A stretch of 64,000 bases of DNA from NCBI GenBank assembly GCA_904063045.1, contig CAJFCJ010000036.1, positions 139,737 through 203,736 on the forward strand, written 5' to 3'. The position numbers and the translations under genes were made by a program. This document shows positions 38,132 to 50,373 of this stretch, piece by piece (within the stretch, counting starts at the first letter, position 1; every line of letters begins with the position of its first letter). Under the pieces are notes generated by a model. The model was given only the letters and a program-made list of their open reading frames with translations. It had not been told where the DNA came from and ran no database searches. Origin of the DNA: Dimorphilus gyrociliatus (taxonomy: Eukaryota > Animalia > Annelida).

Positions 38132-39824
38132 TTACCAACCTTTTAATGTTATTTGAATAAAATTTAGGATATTAGGAACATCATTTTTTATTGATAGCTT
38201 TGTTATTTCTAAAGAAATCGATGTTTGTAAACTTCCTAGTAAATTGCTGCCATAAACTTTTCCAGAGCCAAATTTTATTTTATTATTATTGAATTCAATC
38301 CAATATTCATTCCAAGAACTGCAACTTATTAGCGAAACTTCTTCGCTAAATTCAACTTCATCTAAAGTTGGATGAATGACAGTGATCATTGATATTCCAC
38401 TATCATTACCTCCATCATCAAGAGTTAATATAAATTTTTTAGTAGTGTTACTCATAAAATTAATAATTAGTGATGAACAGTCGTAAGATGAACCAGAATC
38501 AAAACCCTTGACCTTGAAATTCATTGCTTCTATTTTACCTTGAAGATATTCTGGTAAATGATAATCTACATCATTAACACTTTGAATACTGTAGATATTT
38601 TCATCAGTTTCTGAAAAGGTTTCAAAGTTGAAAAATGAAGGTAAAGAAAAAGAAATTTATATTTATTTTTACGTTTTGCAAAAACTTTAAAATAATTCAA
38701 TCCATTTGAATTGTGATAATAAACATCTGTGATAACAACTTTGATACTAGATTCAATAGTTTGAGCATGATCATAGTTGAAATATTGATAGGCACTAGTT
38801 TGTGGTAAATTATTCTTCGTATCTATAAAACCTGAACTCCATTCTAAACGCATTCCTTTTATATAAGCGTTAGTTGTTGAATAACTGTAGATTGAGTGAA
38901 AAATTATTGTAGGATATTTTATCAGAAAGCTGGCGGAGATTTTGTCCAACAATTCATTAAGACGATATCTCTTAGGACAAAATCTCCAGATATATAATCT
39001 ATTCACATATTAGCATAAGCATATATAACTGGCTGTGCAGGATATCCAAAAACTATATTAATATATTGTTCTAAACAATTTTGGGGTAAACCGCAATATG
39101 GTGTCCAATGTAGTGCAAAATATCTATCTAAGGCATTAGTACATGGTTTTGCAGCTTGTGAACTGGACGACGAACACGTAGCTCCAACATTTAAATCTGC
39201 TATATTAATATATTTCTCTTCTTCAATATCACTAGGATCTAAAAATTACATTTTAGTAGAACTATAAGTATTAATTTAATGAAGATAATAAATAGAAAAC
39301 GCCATATTACCATCACTGTACGCCATTATAAATACTGAATTGAAACCAGAATCTACTGAGGTACTATCGCAGTTTATTGCCGTAAATTTCATACTAGAAA
39401 TATCATTTCCAAGTCCTTCTTCGAGTAATAAACAAGTTGTTATTGATTTTAATTTGTATTCTTTTTCATTTATATTATTTCCATATTTTATCTTAACTTC
39501 TTTCAAAGGTCTATCAGGTTCTATAATTCTTTGGATAATACAGACTTCAACTACATCGTATGAGCTTTTAAAATGTACTGTCATTGATTTACCATTACAA
39601 GCAGTTGTACTGCAAGATGAAGCCCAATCGTCGTTTTTAAACCAGAGTGGTGTTAAAGCATTTTCACATTCAAAATTCAATATATAATGAGAATGGCGTT
39701 CGGAAGTTGCTGTACAAGAAGCTCCATTAACAGCCGACGCAACATTTACATATTTCTTGTTTGTTTGAATGGAAAAGTGAAATATTCCAAAAAATAACAT
39801 CAAAACTATATAAAATGGTTTCAT
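38132..39824 (-). CDS. Secreted protein Y: two discoidin (F5/8-type C)-like domains plus a farnesoic-acid-O-methyltransferase-like (Methyltransf_FA) domain; may extend further 3'
   Basis: Signal peptide MKPFYIVLMLFFGIFHFS. Domain 1 NVASAVNGASCTATS...WASSC. Domain 2 NIADLNVGATCSSSS...GMRLEWSSG. FAMeT-like SLISCSSWNEYWIEFNNNKIKFGSG. Confidence 0.65.
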
Positions 39825-40610
39825 TTTGTAGTTAAGGTCTAGTTAAAGGATAGAATAAGAATAATCTTAATAAAGAATTATTTTATTTATTCCACGAATA
39901 ATATTAATTATTAATTATTACTTAAACATCTACTCTAAAAGAGAAGAAGTTCTTGAATATATATTTAATAATTCACTATGGTGACAATACAAAAAGTCTT
40001 TCCAAGATATTATACTCTTCCATTGATCTCTCTTTGTAATTTTCAGTAAATTCTTCTAATGTATTCAATCAATAGAATTGGTAAATAAATATCCTAAAGA
40101 AGAACAAGAATATCCATTGTCTATCCATTGATTTAATGTTCTAAAACAGCAAAAACTATAATTTTTCTAATTGATATCTACGCATGATAAATTGATAAAT
40201 TTAGAGGAAAAAAAATAAAGAACCTTTTTAAGCCAATATTCTTATTGACAAATAGAATTCAGTTGTTCACTTTTTTATATTTATTTATACAATTGACGTT
40301 TAAAGAAAATTCATTTTCTATAGGCCTATAGAAAAAAATGGCCACTTGAACAGACAGTTTTCTAAGCTAGATATCAGGAAGTTTACAAATTCTTTTAGAG
40401 AAGAGAAGAAAAATTTTTTATTTGATTCTTTTTTAAATGATTTCATTTAGATCTTTCAAAAATTGAAATAGTTTGTAATGTGTATTGTGTCAGTGTATTG
40501 ATGATTCTTTGTTGTAAAATACTCTAAAATTTTTAAGTACAAAATCAGATTACACAGAAGATATACTGTTTGTAGATATGTTTATAATGACTAAGCCAGA
40601 ACTTTTAGCA

Positions 40611-42763
40611 TTAATGACTTATATGACAAACTTTTACTTTATTAAAAAGTACATCTTCCAAGACTATCTTATAGTAAAATTTTCTTATTGTCTCCGTAAT
40701 TCCACTGCACGAAAATCTATATCTTTGATAAGAGTTATCACTCGTAAACGATTCTTTGAGTATACAAGGACCATTGGGCTCTGCTTCTTTCAGATTCTCA
40801 TAAAATAAGTTAACCATTAATTGATTTTTGTCATCTTTATCAAAATATAAAGTAATTTCTGGATTGATATCTTCTGAATTGAAAGTTAAATTTCCCAACC
40901 TCCAACTTTCAATAACAGTTGATTTCTTTGATAAAACAAAACAGGTGGAATATAACTTATCATAAAGATATTCAGTGTAGTATTCTTCAGTGCATAGTCC
41001 GTTTTCTGTTACTCTCACAACTTTTCCCTCTGAATAGGAATAGAAAATTTGAATATTATTCAAATAGAAATTATTATTTACCTAAATCGTTGACACGCAA
41101 TAAATGATGATAGGATGTTTGAAAATTCCTAATTAAGAATTTATCAGTTGGCCCATGTGATACAATTGGAGCAATAATTCTAGTATTTCTATTGTATATT
41201 AATCCTTTGCCAAGTTTAACTGTACCATCAAGAGTAGTTATCCAAAAATCATTCCATTGTCCACAAGTAACATACTCTTGCAGTTTATCTTTAAAATAGA
41301 CAGATGGTGATAGTTTTTCCAAATAACTTTCAACAGTATTGGATAGAACCATCTTAAATGATTTTTTGTTATTACGATAGAAGTTAAAAACAATTCCTCC
41401 ACAAACATTTGAAGCAGTTTGACTGCCATATACACTGAATGTCATTGCTTGGAAATTGTTTTGAATGTAAGGTGGAATTGTATATTGCATATGATCTTTT
41501 GTATGAATATCATAGTGTCTATCTTCTATATCTTTTAGAAATAAAAAATGTTGGCTAAAAAAAGAACAGTATTGAAAATAAACAAATATACAAAACCTTT
41601 AACAAACACCTGAACTAGGGACAAACCAATATTTCGAGTTGTAGATATCTCAACTACTTCAAGATATACTTTAGTTTCAATAAAATTTTTAGAATACTTG
41701 AAACATTTTTGAAATATGTTTAAATTCAATTCAACTATTTCCATTAAACCTGAACTCCATTTAACTTTCAATTTTGAAATAAATTGTAATCTAAAATGAA
41801 CAATCATTGAAAAAATGAGTAATTTATTATGATTAAATAAATTCTGTTTAATTAACCTATTTGCTAGGCAAAAAATACTGGGAACACCATATACGCTGAA
41901 TGAAACTTCCATGTGTTTTCCAATACAAGCCTGACCTGTGCATTTCGCAGCCCATTCATTTAAACTTTGAAAAGCTCCATTTATAAAATCTAATGCGTAT
42001 TGGCATTCATAAGAAGAGGAGTATACTGAGTTAGCCGTACAAGTTGCTCCTGTTCTTACATTAGCTATGTCTGTATAGTAATTACTATTTTCTACTTTTT
42101 CTCTTATACCTGAAAGTATGATTATTATAAAAGTGATGAGTTTTAATTGTTTTTGTTATGCTTTTCACAATACACAAAGTACAAACCATCTTCGTAAGCA
42201 AAAATCATAATTGAAGAAAATCCAACATCAGCGGTTACTTTTGTTTGGACAGGTATAAAAGTCATACTTTTAACATTTTCTCCAAAAGTATATCTTGCTA
42301 AAAAGCATTCTACGTCTTTGTTTGTCGCATCAAGATTAAATTTATATTGATTTTTAGCATTAGAAGCAGTATTATAAATTACAGTCACTTCTTTAGCTTT
42401 ATGGCTAATTGCCATAAAAGCATGCGATATGCAATATTCAACAATATCATAGACCTTCTGAAATACTATATTAACTTTATGATTGTTACAACGCCCATTA
42501 CACTCAGTTAGATATGATTGCATGTTGATCCAATTAGGAGAAAGCATGCTTTTACAGTTGAAATTATAATTCCTAATAATTACTTTTGTGGAGTCGGCAG
42601 AACAAGTTGAATTCCACGAAATATCAGCAACATTTATTAAAACTTTGCCTTTCAAAAAGGGAAAATCAAAAATACAAAAAAAAGTTTCAAAAAGGAAATA
42701 CTTACTTTCAACTTTTACTTGTAAAATTACAAGAAAACAAATAATATTCCTGTTTGCAATCAT
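40611..42763 (-). CDS. Secreted protein X, tandem paralog of Y: two discoidin-like domains, FAMeT-like domain and an unidentified C-terminal domain
   Basis: NVADISWNSTCSADS; DIANVRTGATCTANSVYSSSYECQYAL...EWAAKC...KVKWSSG; YVTCGQWNDFWITTLDGTVKLGKG. Exon order matches Y. Confidence 0.68.
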
Positions 42764-42969
42764 CCCTCTCTGTTTATTGAGTTATGTTTCTTTTACCTTC
42801 TATTCAACAAATATACATACTCTACTTATACTTAATAAAAGCAAATTCCAAATCTTTTAAAGTTTAAAATTTTAATATTTAATAAAAATTCTCTAAAACA
42901 ACTGATATATAACTAATTAAGAAATTTTAATAGATTATTTATGGAATTTTAGAAATAAGTCTTTCTTTG

Positions 42970-42990
42970 TCTCTCTCTCTCTCTCTCTCT
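42970..42990. repeat. (TC)n microsatellite
   Basis: Direct reading of the sequence. Confidence 0.9.
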
Positions 42991-43364
42991 TCACTACGGC
43001 TTTCAATTAATACACAAGCAGATATGAATGGTTTATTTTGCATGTTGACTCAACAGATAAATTATTGAATGATTTTTCCACAACATGCATTATAAACATC
43101 ATCACGGAGAAAGGTTTTATAAATAATACTGGCGTTTTGTGATTGAATATAATAGAATTTACAATTACAATCTGATCTCCATAGGACTATATCAGAGTTA
43201 TAAATAAGCGTTAATACTGCAAAATGGATTGTCAATCGGCCGGTTAGGGTTAAGAAGAAAAATCTTTGACGTTTCTATGGATTTGACCAAGTTAGATGTC
43301 TCTTCCATTTCATTCCGGAATTTTTTCTACTATAGTTGTCTGATTTTGAATTTATCCATTTATT

Positions 43365-46300
43365 TCAATAACCAACTGCAAACACTACATTAAAATTCAA
43401 ACTTGAAACACTCAAAACATTACAAATAAACATAAATACAAAATACAAAATTGAATATTCAAAAAGTTGTAAAAATTTGAAATATAAATTCAATGTTGTA
43501 GATTTTTGAGGATTGATAAGAGCGTCGAGTAAAGTTGAATTTGATAAGAGAGCTTCAACTTTTAGAAATTTTTTAAAGAAATATTTTTGAATTGCTGAAG
43601 ATATAAAAACTGTATCAGAATTTTTACTAAAATCAGTCAAAGCTTGTAGGTTATATCTAAATATTCCACTTTGAAACAATTTATCAGAAGGATTGTTGTA
43701 TCTCTTCGTTACGTAATTCAGGTATTTATATATTATATCCGTATACGTATTATTATAATTTTCGAATTGACAACCGGAAGTTGTTGCCACTTCCGAAGAA
43801 GAATGACAACTTTTTAAACTTTTTATAGAATTTAAACAATTTGTAGAATTTACACGTTGGATCCTCTGCAAAATGATCTCCGTCGTCTATAAGAATCAGC
43901 AATTTTTTGCTGTGATTCGTTAAAAATTCCTTCAAATGTATCTTCATTTCCTGGTTCTCATGGTCACTATTACAGAGGAGATCATTGAGTAGCGTCTATA
44001 TCAAAGATAGTGATGATGATGGTATTAATGGTTCGTCATGTGACAGTCTTAATAGTAGATAATTTTGTAAAATTTTCTTATTTACCCATAAATAGAGTAG
44101 TCTATTAAGAAGTTGGGTTTTACCAATTTGAGCTGATCCAACAATACAATTATCTAAGGTATATTTAAAGTTGGATGTTAAATATTCAACGTCTTTTTGC
44201 CGTTTATCGTAAGGTTTCATTTGAAATAAATTCATTTGCATATATAATTTATCAAAAAACTTTTTACAATCAACATTCCTTACAATATCTTCACAGTTTG
44301 CTATGTTTGGTAGATATTTTAAAGAATTTAAATATTTCAAATGTCTTTTTCGTACCAGTTCTACCAGTTTTCTACAAGTTCTATTTTTATTTAAATTAGG
44401 ATCCATATTAAATTCGGGTTTTTCCGTTTTAACTGAAGAAAACATATTGGTGTTTGCCTTGTGAATCCAAGGTAAAAATTTCAAGTCGTAGAAATTCTTT
44501 GTTGAAACTTTTTCAACAATCTTATTTTCAATCATAAATTTAATCTCTTTTTCAACTTCTAAAGTTAATGTTTTTAAATGTTTACATTCCATTAGAAAGC
44601 TTGCAATAGCGTCTATTTGTAATTGAGAAATCGAACCTGACAAATGAAATATCGTTAGATTTTCCGAACAGCTTTTCAAGTGTTCAAAAATCATTGATAA
44701 TAGTTTTTGATCTTCCTCAATTAATTCTTCGTTTTCGTTCTCCATCAAGTGAAAAGTTAGACTAATATCTTCGAGAAAGTGGCAATTTGCCAAAAGTTCG
44801 CTTAATTTTGACAATTCCTCTATAGTGATAATAGGGCAATTATACAAATTGAGAATTTTCAAATTATGCGAAGATGTTTCTAAAGATTGAAAAATTTTTC
44901 CCAAACTATTACCAATATTTTTGTTATTACCAATGTCAATTTCCCTTAAATTTGGGCATTTTTCCAAAACATCAGCCAAACTATTACCATATCTTTCGTC
45001 TATATTGCAGGAGTTAAACTTCAATGATTGAATTGTCGAAGAAGACAATATCAGTTTCTGCAAAAAATCACTGTCATTTTCGTCATAAAGTCTTGTAAAA
45101 CTGGTGAATAAGTTAGCATTATGACTGAATTTGTTCAAATCTGAACAATTCTCAAAATGAATTGTATAGAAAGTATTCATAAAATTTAAATCATTCAAGC
45201 AAAATTTCTCCATAAGAAATATTTGAAATTTTTTATATTGCGTAACGTTATCAGCTATAAAATAATTTCTCATAGAACATTTTGAAATATTCAAATATTG
45301 TAGTTTGTATTGATTTGGTTGAATATCTTCGAAGAAGATATGTAAATTGTTACCAACATTTCCGTTTCCGCTAAGAATTATAGATTGAGGGTTTGTTAAA
45401 CTTTTAAAAAGTTGCCAAAAACCTTTTACGCAATCGATTGAAAGATTACAACCCGAAAAATCCAAAGTACTTATTGTATTCGAATATAACGATTGTAAAG
45501 ATTGAAATATTTCCATCATTCTTTCTTCCTTAATTGAATTATTATTGTTCAAAGTGAAAACGCATAAACTTTGGCATTTTTCCAATAATTTTTTCAATCT
45601 ATTACTACCATCAACTTTTAATTTACAATCGTTAATTCGTAAAATTTTTAAAGTTTTAGCAGACGACAAAAGTGATTTGAATAGATATTGGGAAGTTACC
45701 TTCATGATTTGATTTCCACTTAGATTGACATTTTCCAAATAACAACATGCTTGAAAAAGTTTAGTTAAGTTTTGTAAACTGGTAGAATTCAAATAGCAAT
45801 GGCTGAATGAGATTGCTTTAAGAGTTTTTGAACAATGCATTAGACTATTAACAATTTTTTTAAATTGTCCACAAAATTTTGTGTTATAAGACAAATCAAT
45901 TTCCGTTAAATTTTCCAACTTCAACAAAAATTTGACTAGGCCTTCATATTGGTAACTTTTGTCGAAATTACTACTGGAAAAATTGATATACTGCAATGTC
46001 TTATTAGATGGTAATTTCGCAATTCTGAAGACATTTAAAAATTCAAAATCAAAACAAACAATTTGTGATAAATGTAAATATTCCAATTTGCTTAAATGTT
46101 TAATTAAATAACCCAAAATAAAACAACTAGATTTATCCAAATAACAATTTTCAACTGAAAGTTCTTTAATTTCATTTTTTTTATTGAATAAAGACCGCAG
46201 TAAATATTTCTCATTGCAGTGCCAATAAATTTAATATTCTTCATTTTAAACGATTTCAAATCTTTTAACATTGAAAAACAAGATGAAAATATTGAACTTA

Positions 46301-47425
46301 TCTTATCATCCCTTACTAAATTATTAATATGGAAATATTTCAATTCCTTCGCTGATTGGTTCATAATATTTTCAAATTCTTTTAAAAATCTTCCAGTTTT
46401 GAAATTATCCATTGTAACTCTTTCTATACCTTTTCTTTTACTTAAATAGGTCATTATTCCATAGGATATTTCCCCATTTTCAAATTGGGTATCCAAATCA
46501 ATTTCTTTTAATTTTTCATTCCACGACTCTAAGAAATCTGTAAAAAGTTTTTTTCGTTGCTCGATAGATGGCGCTAAAAAGAATGGAATATCCGGAAATG
46601 AGATAAAATCCCTTTCCATTGCGTATTTGATATTTTTTATCGTGTCTTGAAATTTTCTATTTTCAAACAGCAAATTATAATCGTCGATTTCGGTTTGTTG
46701 ATTTTGAGCATCTGAATTAAACATAACGACTGGTTGTTGACCTTTCTTGGGAACAATGGATACCATGTTGAGTGCTTTGGTTCGTCTTAACATTTTCAAT
46801 GGCATAACATGATTATAGCCATCTGGATAATCGTCATTATTCATCCAAGGACGTTTTATGCTATTTGTACAAACTAAATTATAATTGGAAATGTAGTCTT
46901 TACATTTGTGAAAAAATTCTATATCCGGTTCAACAATTTCGCAATTAATAATACAAAAATTTGAATTCTTGTTTGAATCTGATTAGTGCTTTGAATGAAT
47001 TCAATATCAAATTCATATTCGTCGAATATCAATTTTTTCAATTTTTTCATTTTTTTAACAGACGATAAAAATTCATAGAAATTTTTTTCCAAGTCAATTA
47101 AAAACTTGTTTTCCATTGTTTTAAACGTTAAAACTGTTAGTTGAGTACAAATTTTAATATTTTCAAAGAGAGCTGTCTCGTCTGAATCTGTTGGAAATTC
47201 ACAATCGATTAACACTAATTCCGTTAAAGTTGCCTGAAATTTCTTAAGTATAGCCTCAATAATATAATTCGTCAGAATTTCTTTTTCCAGAGTTACACTT
47301 GTAAGACTATCGTCACCATTTATTAAATCTATCAATGTTTTTGATAGAGAAAATTTTCTTTTTAACTCCTCTACACACATCATTCGCTGGTAGACGTTGT
47401 TTGAGTATTTATTCAAAAAGTACAT
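43365..47425 (-). pseudogene. Disrupted NLR-related locus with LRRs upstream of a NACHT-like NTPase
   Basis: The 714-aa ORF runs from RI-type LRRs into Walker A (IVGSAQIGKT). An in-frame TAG at 43996-43998 is followed in the same frame by Walker B (LLILIDDGDH). Further frameshifts occur near 43820, 46170 and 46900-46950. Confidence 0.7.
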
Positions 47426-48501
47426 TAACTGATATACTTCCGTTTTCAGTCTTTTTCATCTTATTATGACAATGAAAGACAAAAACAGGTCAATCTTACA
47501 ACTTTCAAATTTGCCATGGGGGAGAAAATGGCAATTGAACAGAGTTGCTAAGTGTTAATATTACAAAAAGTATTTTTTTGATATGTTCAGCTTTCAATCA
47601 CTTCCGTTGAATTGGAGATAACATTCACAAAAAAGTGAAAAGAGTGTTTTGTTTTAGAAAATATCTTACTTTCTTATTTGACAAAAAGAAATAGATACCA
47701 GTTGAAATAAGCCAATAAAATAGATCTATACCCTGGACTCTTATATAAACATTTTATCATTTACTAATCCATTAACAATATTAAAGTAGAGAGTTCTGTG
47801 AATGTTTTTTGTATAAAAATATTGAACATCTGTTCAGAAGAATAATGGCTAATAAACTATTTCTAAACAAGTTTATTGCTATGTGTATTTTCACATACAC
47901 ATGAAGTGGCCTTATCTTAGATCATATTTCCTGTCCAAAGTTCAAAAGCTACTCAATTGAGAACATTAAATAAATATTGTTTTTATTTTTTTATAGCTAA
48001 AATTAGAAAGGAATATCTTTCATTTTATGTTTAAAAAACTGTGTTCAAAGTTGCAAACCGAATAGTATGGCGTCTAATTTTCAAGTTCCAGTTTCTTTCA
48101 TTTCGGGATGAATGCTAAAAAAAGATGCTGAAATGTGGAAGTAGTTTTATATTAACTCGAATTTAAAGTTATATTGATATTGTACAACTTTAAGAGTTCG
48201 CAATGCCATAAATACACTCCTATCCACTAAAATAGCATATGCTACTCTGCGGATTGATATTGGACGATTGTTACAAATACGAGCTACTTGACCTTAAAAA
48301 AATGAAACTTTCATATCATTCCCTCTCTTTCACATTCATTCTCACTGATTCATACTGACACACAACACAATAAAAAAGCTCTGTTTTATTCATAGTGTAA
48401 TATAAAATAATCTAAGTGATTGAACTATAAAATAGAACACTTATAAGTTAATTTTATATTAAAATTTCAAATTCTGAAGATGATTTTCTCTCTCTAGAAT
48501 C

Positions 48502-49497
48502 TTATTCTTCTGCTTCTATTTCACAAACTTTTTTTGAAGAATTAGCCAACTGAGTAAAAATATGAATATAGAGTTCTCTGGAATTTTTTTGTTCGCAAAC
48601 AAAATTCAAATCACCAGTTTGTTTACATAATTCAAGTTTGCTTCCATTCAATTTAGTGTATATCATTGCCGATAAACTATCATTTAATGACGAGATTATC
48701 TTAATCTTTCTATTAAAATAATATCTTAGGTGTAGGGCTGAGACTGATTTATCAATTTCTATACAAGTATTTACATCACCATCAATCAGAAATTGAACAT
48801 TCTGAGTACAATTAATAGACGATAATACTTGAATGTTTTTGACAATATAATTAATGCATTTCAAAGGTTTTATTATATGTTTTGCCCATTCATTTTCAGC
48901 ATCTAAATCTCCGTAAGAAGTTTGTACCAGAGGTAGTCTTTTAGGTAAAACTGCCAAATTACCTTCTAGAATGTATGTTTGATCGTTTGCGCTAGCTCCA
49001 TAATCAGTACATTCATTTATCGGATTATTGGCGCAAGGTTGATCTATTATACATTTACATATTCCATCATTCGCTTCTTTCAATTTATAAGTTGTTCCAT
49101 CAAGAAATGTAAAATAGAAACGGGACGATTGAGTATTATTTGCCATTAAATACATTCCTTGGGTACAATTTCCAGCATTTTCAACAAATTCTTTCAATTC
49201 GTAATTGTTTAATGTTGAATATGTGATGTTAATAACTTTATTTTTAACATGACTAGCAGTTTTAAGTAAAACATCTTTTTCAGCATCATTATCAATTTCA
49301 CTTTCAACATAAATATTATTAATGTATGAACATTTTACATTAGCTATATTTCCATTGTGAATAGGCTGAATTTTATAAGTTGATGTACTATAATTGTTAT
49401 AAATTAAAGCATCCGAACAACTCCTATATATAGATTTTGAATATTCAAATTTTATAGAAACATATAAAAAAGTAAGTAGGAAATAAATGATATTCAT
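48502..49497 (-). CDS. Intronless secreted protein with a CASPR/neurexin-IV-type fibrinogen-like domain and a C-terminal beta-sandwich segment
   Basis: Signal peptide; RSCSD...STYKIQP...NVKC; ITYS...LKEFVENAGNCTQ; CKC...C...C; EGNL...RLPL...YGD...A.H.I.PLKC; then LIDGDVNTC. Confidence 0.62.
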   Translation of the reverse strand: MNIIYFLLTFLYVSIKFEYSKSIYRSCSDALIYNNYSTSTYKIQPIHNGNIANVKCSYINNIYVESEIDNDAEKDVLLKTASHVKNKVINITYSTLNNYELKEFVENAGNCTQGMYLMANNTQSSRFYFTFLDGTTYKLKEANDGICKCIIDQPCANNPINECTDYGASANDQTYILEGNLAVLPKRLPLVQTSYGDLDAENEWAKHIIKPLKCINYIVKNIQVLSSINCTQNVQFLIDGDVNTCIEIDKSVSALHLRYYFNRKIKIISSLNDSLSAMIYTKLNGSKLELCKQTGDLNFVCEQKNSRELYIHIFTQLANSSKKVCEIEAEE

Positions 49498-50373
49498 TAT
49501 TGAGTACTACTCGGATCTGGTCAACTTACAAGTATAAGGAATCCCCAAAAGTGTTGTCTTATATATTCACACTTTATATAATATTAATGAATTTGAAATA
49601 TAAGAATATTAAGATCGCTAGTCATTAGATGCATGATAGAATTATCAATAGATATTAAACAAATGTACAATTCAAAGAATATTTATTAACAAGTTAATTG
49701 TTAACGAATTGAATAACAGTATAGGCCTTGTTTTTGTCTAACTTTTAGATGAGATCCAAACTCCAAAATATGTCATTTTTGTGACTGTTTTCAACCAGTT
49801 CTATCTTATAGAGTACTTATTTACTTCGTTTATCAATAAAAATAACAAAGTAATACAAGTTGCATTGTAGAAAATTTACTCAATAATTCTTTGTTTGGTT
49901 TACATTAATAATAGATAATTAACAAACAGAATTACTGCAGATGAATATCAGGCCTACAAAAAATATTGTTTATACATGTATGAAATAATAATGTTCTTTG
50001 TTTTATTCTATATGTAGCAATTTCTTTCACATTACTATTGAATTAGTCTATTGTAATCATTATTAATTCCTTTAAAGCAACGGTACAATTGTATAGAAAA
50101 TTTCTTTACCTATCTACAAATTTATATATAAAATAAAATGAGTACGTTTTAGGGATCTGATCAATTTGTTGGCATTACGTAATTAACTGTCTTAGAAACG
50201 AGAAAAGGAACATGGAGACATTTTATCTTCCTTCTATTCCCTTTTACCAGATTACCAGAGTAGATATTAACTAGCACATGAGATTGATTTATTGCTGATA
50301 TCTTCATCAAAGACCTAATAGTTGGACGAATTAGACTCATTTTTTATGTTACATTAAAATGTCGCTGAATATA

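Noticed and set aside
39340-39687. Plus-strand 115-aa ORF, and similar short ORFs at 21575, 21791, 23178, 33219, 40578, 42588, 44175, 46219, 50753 and 62151
   Set aside because: They lie opposite well-supported coding exons and are expected by chance.
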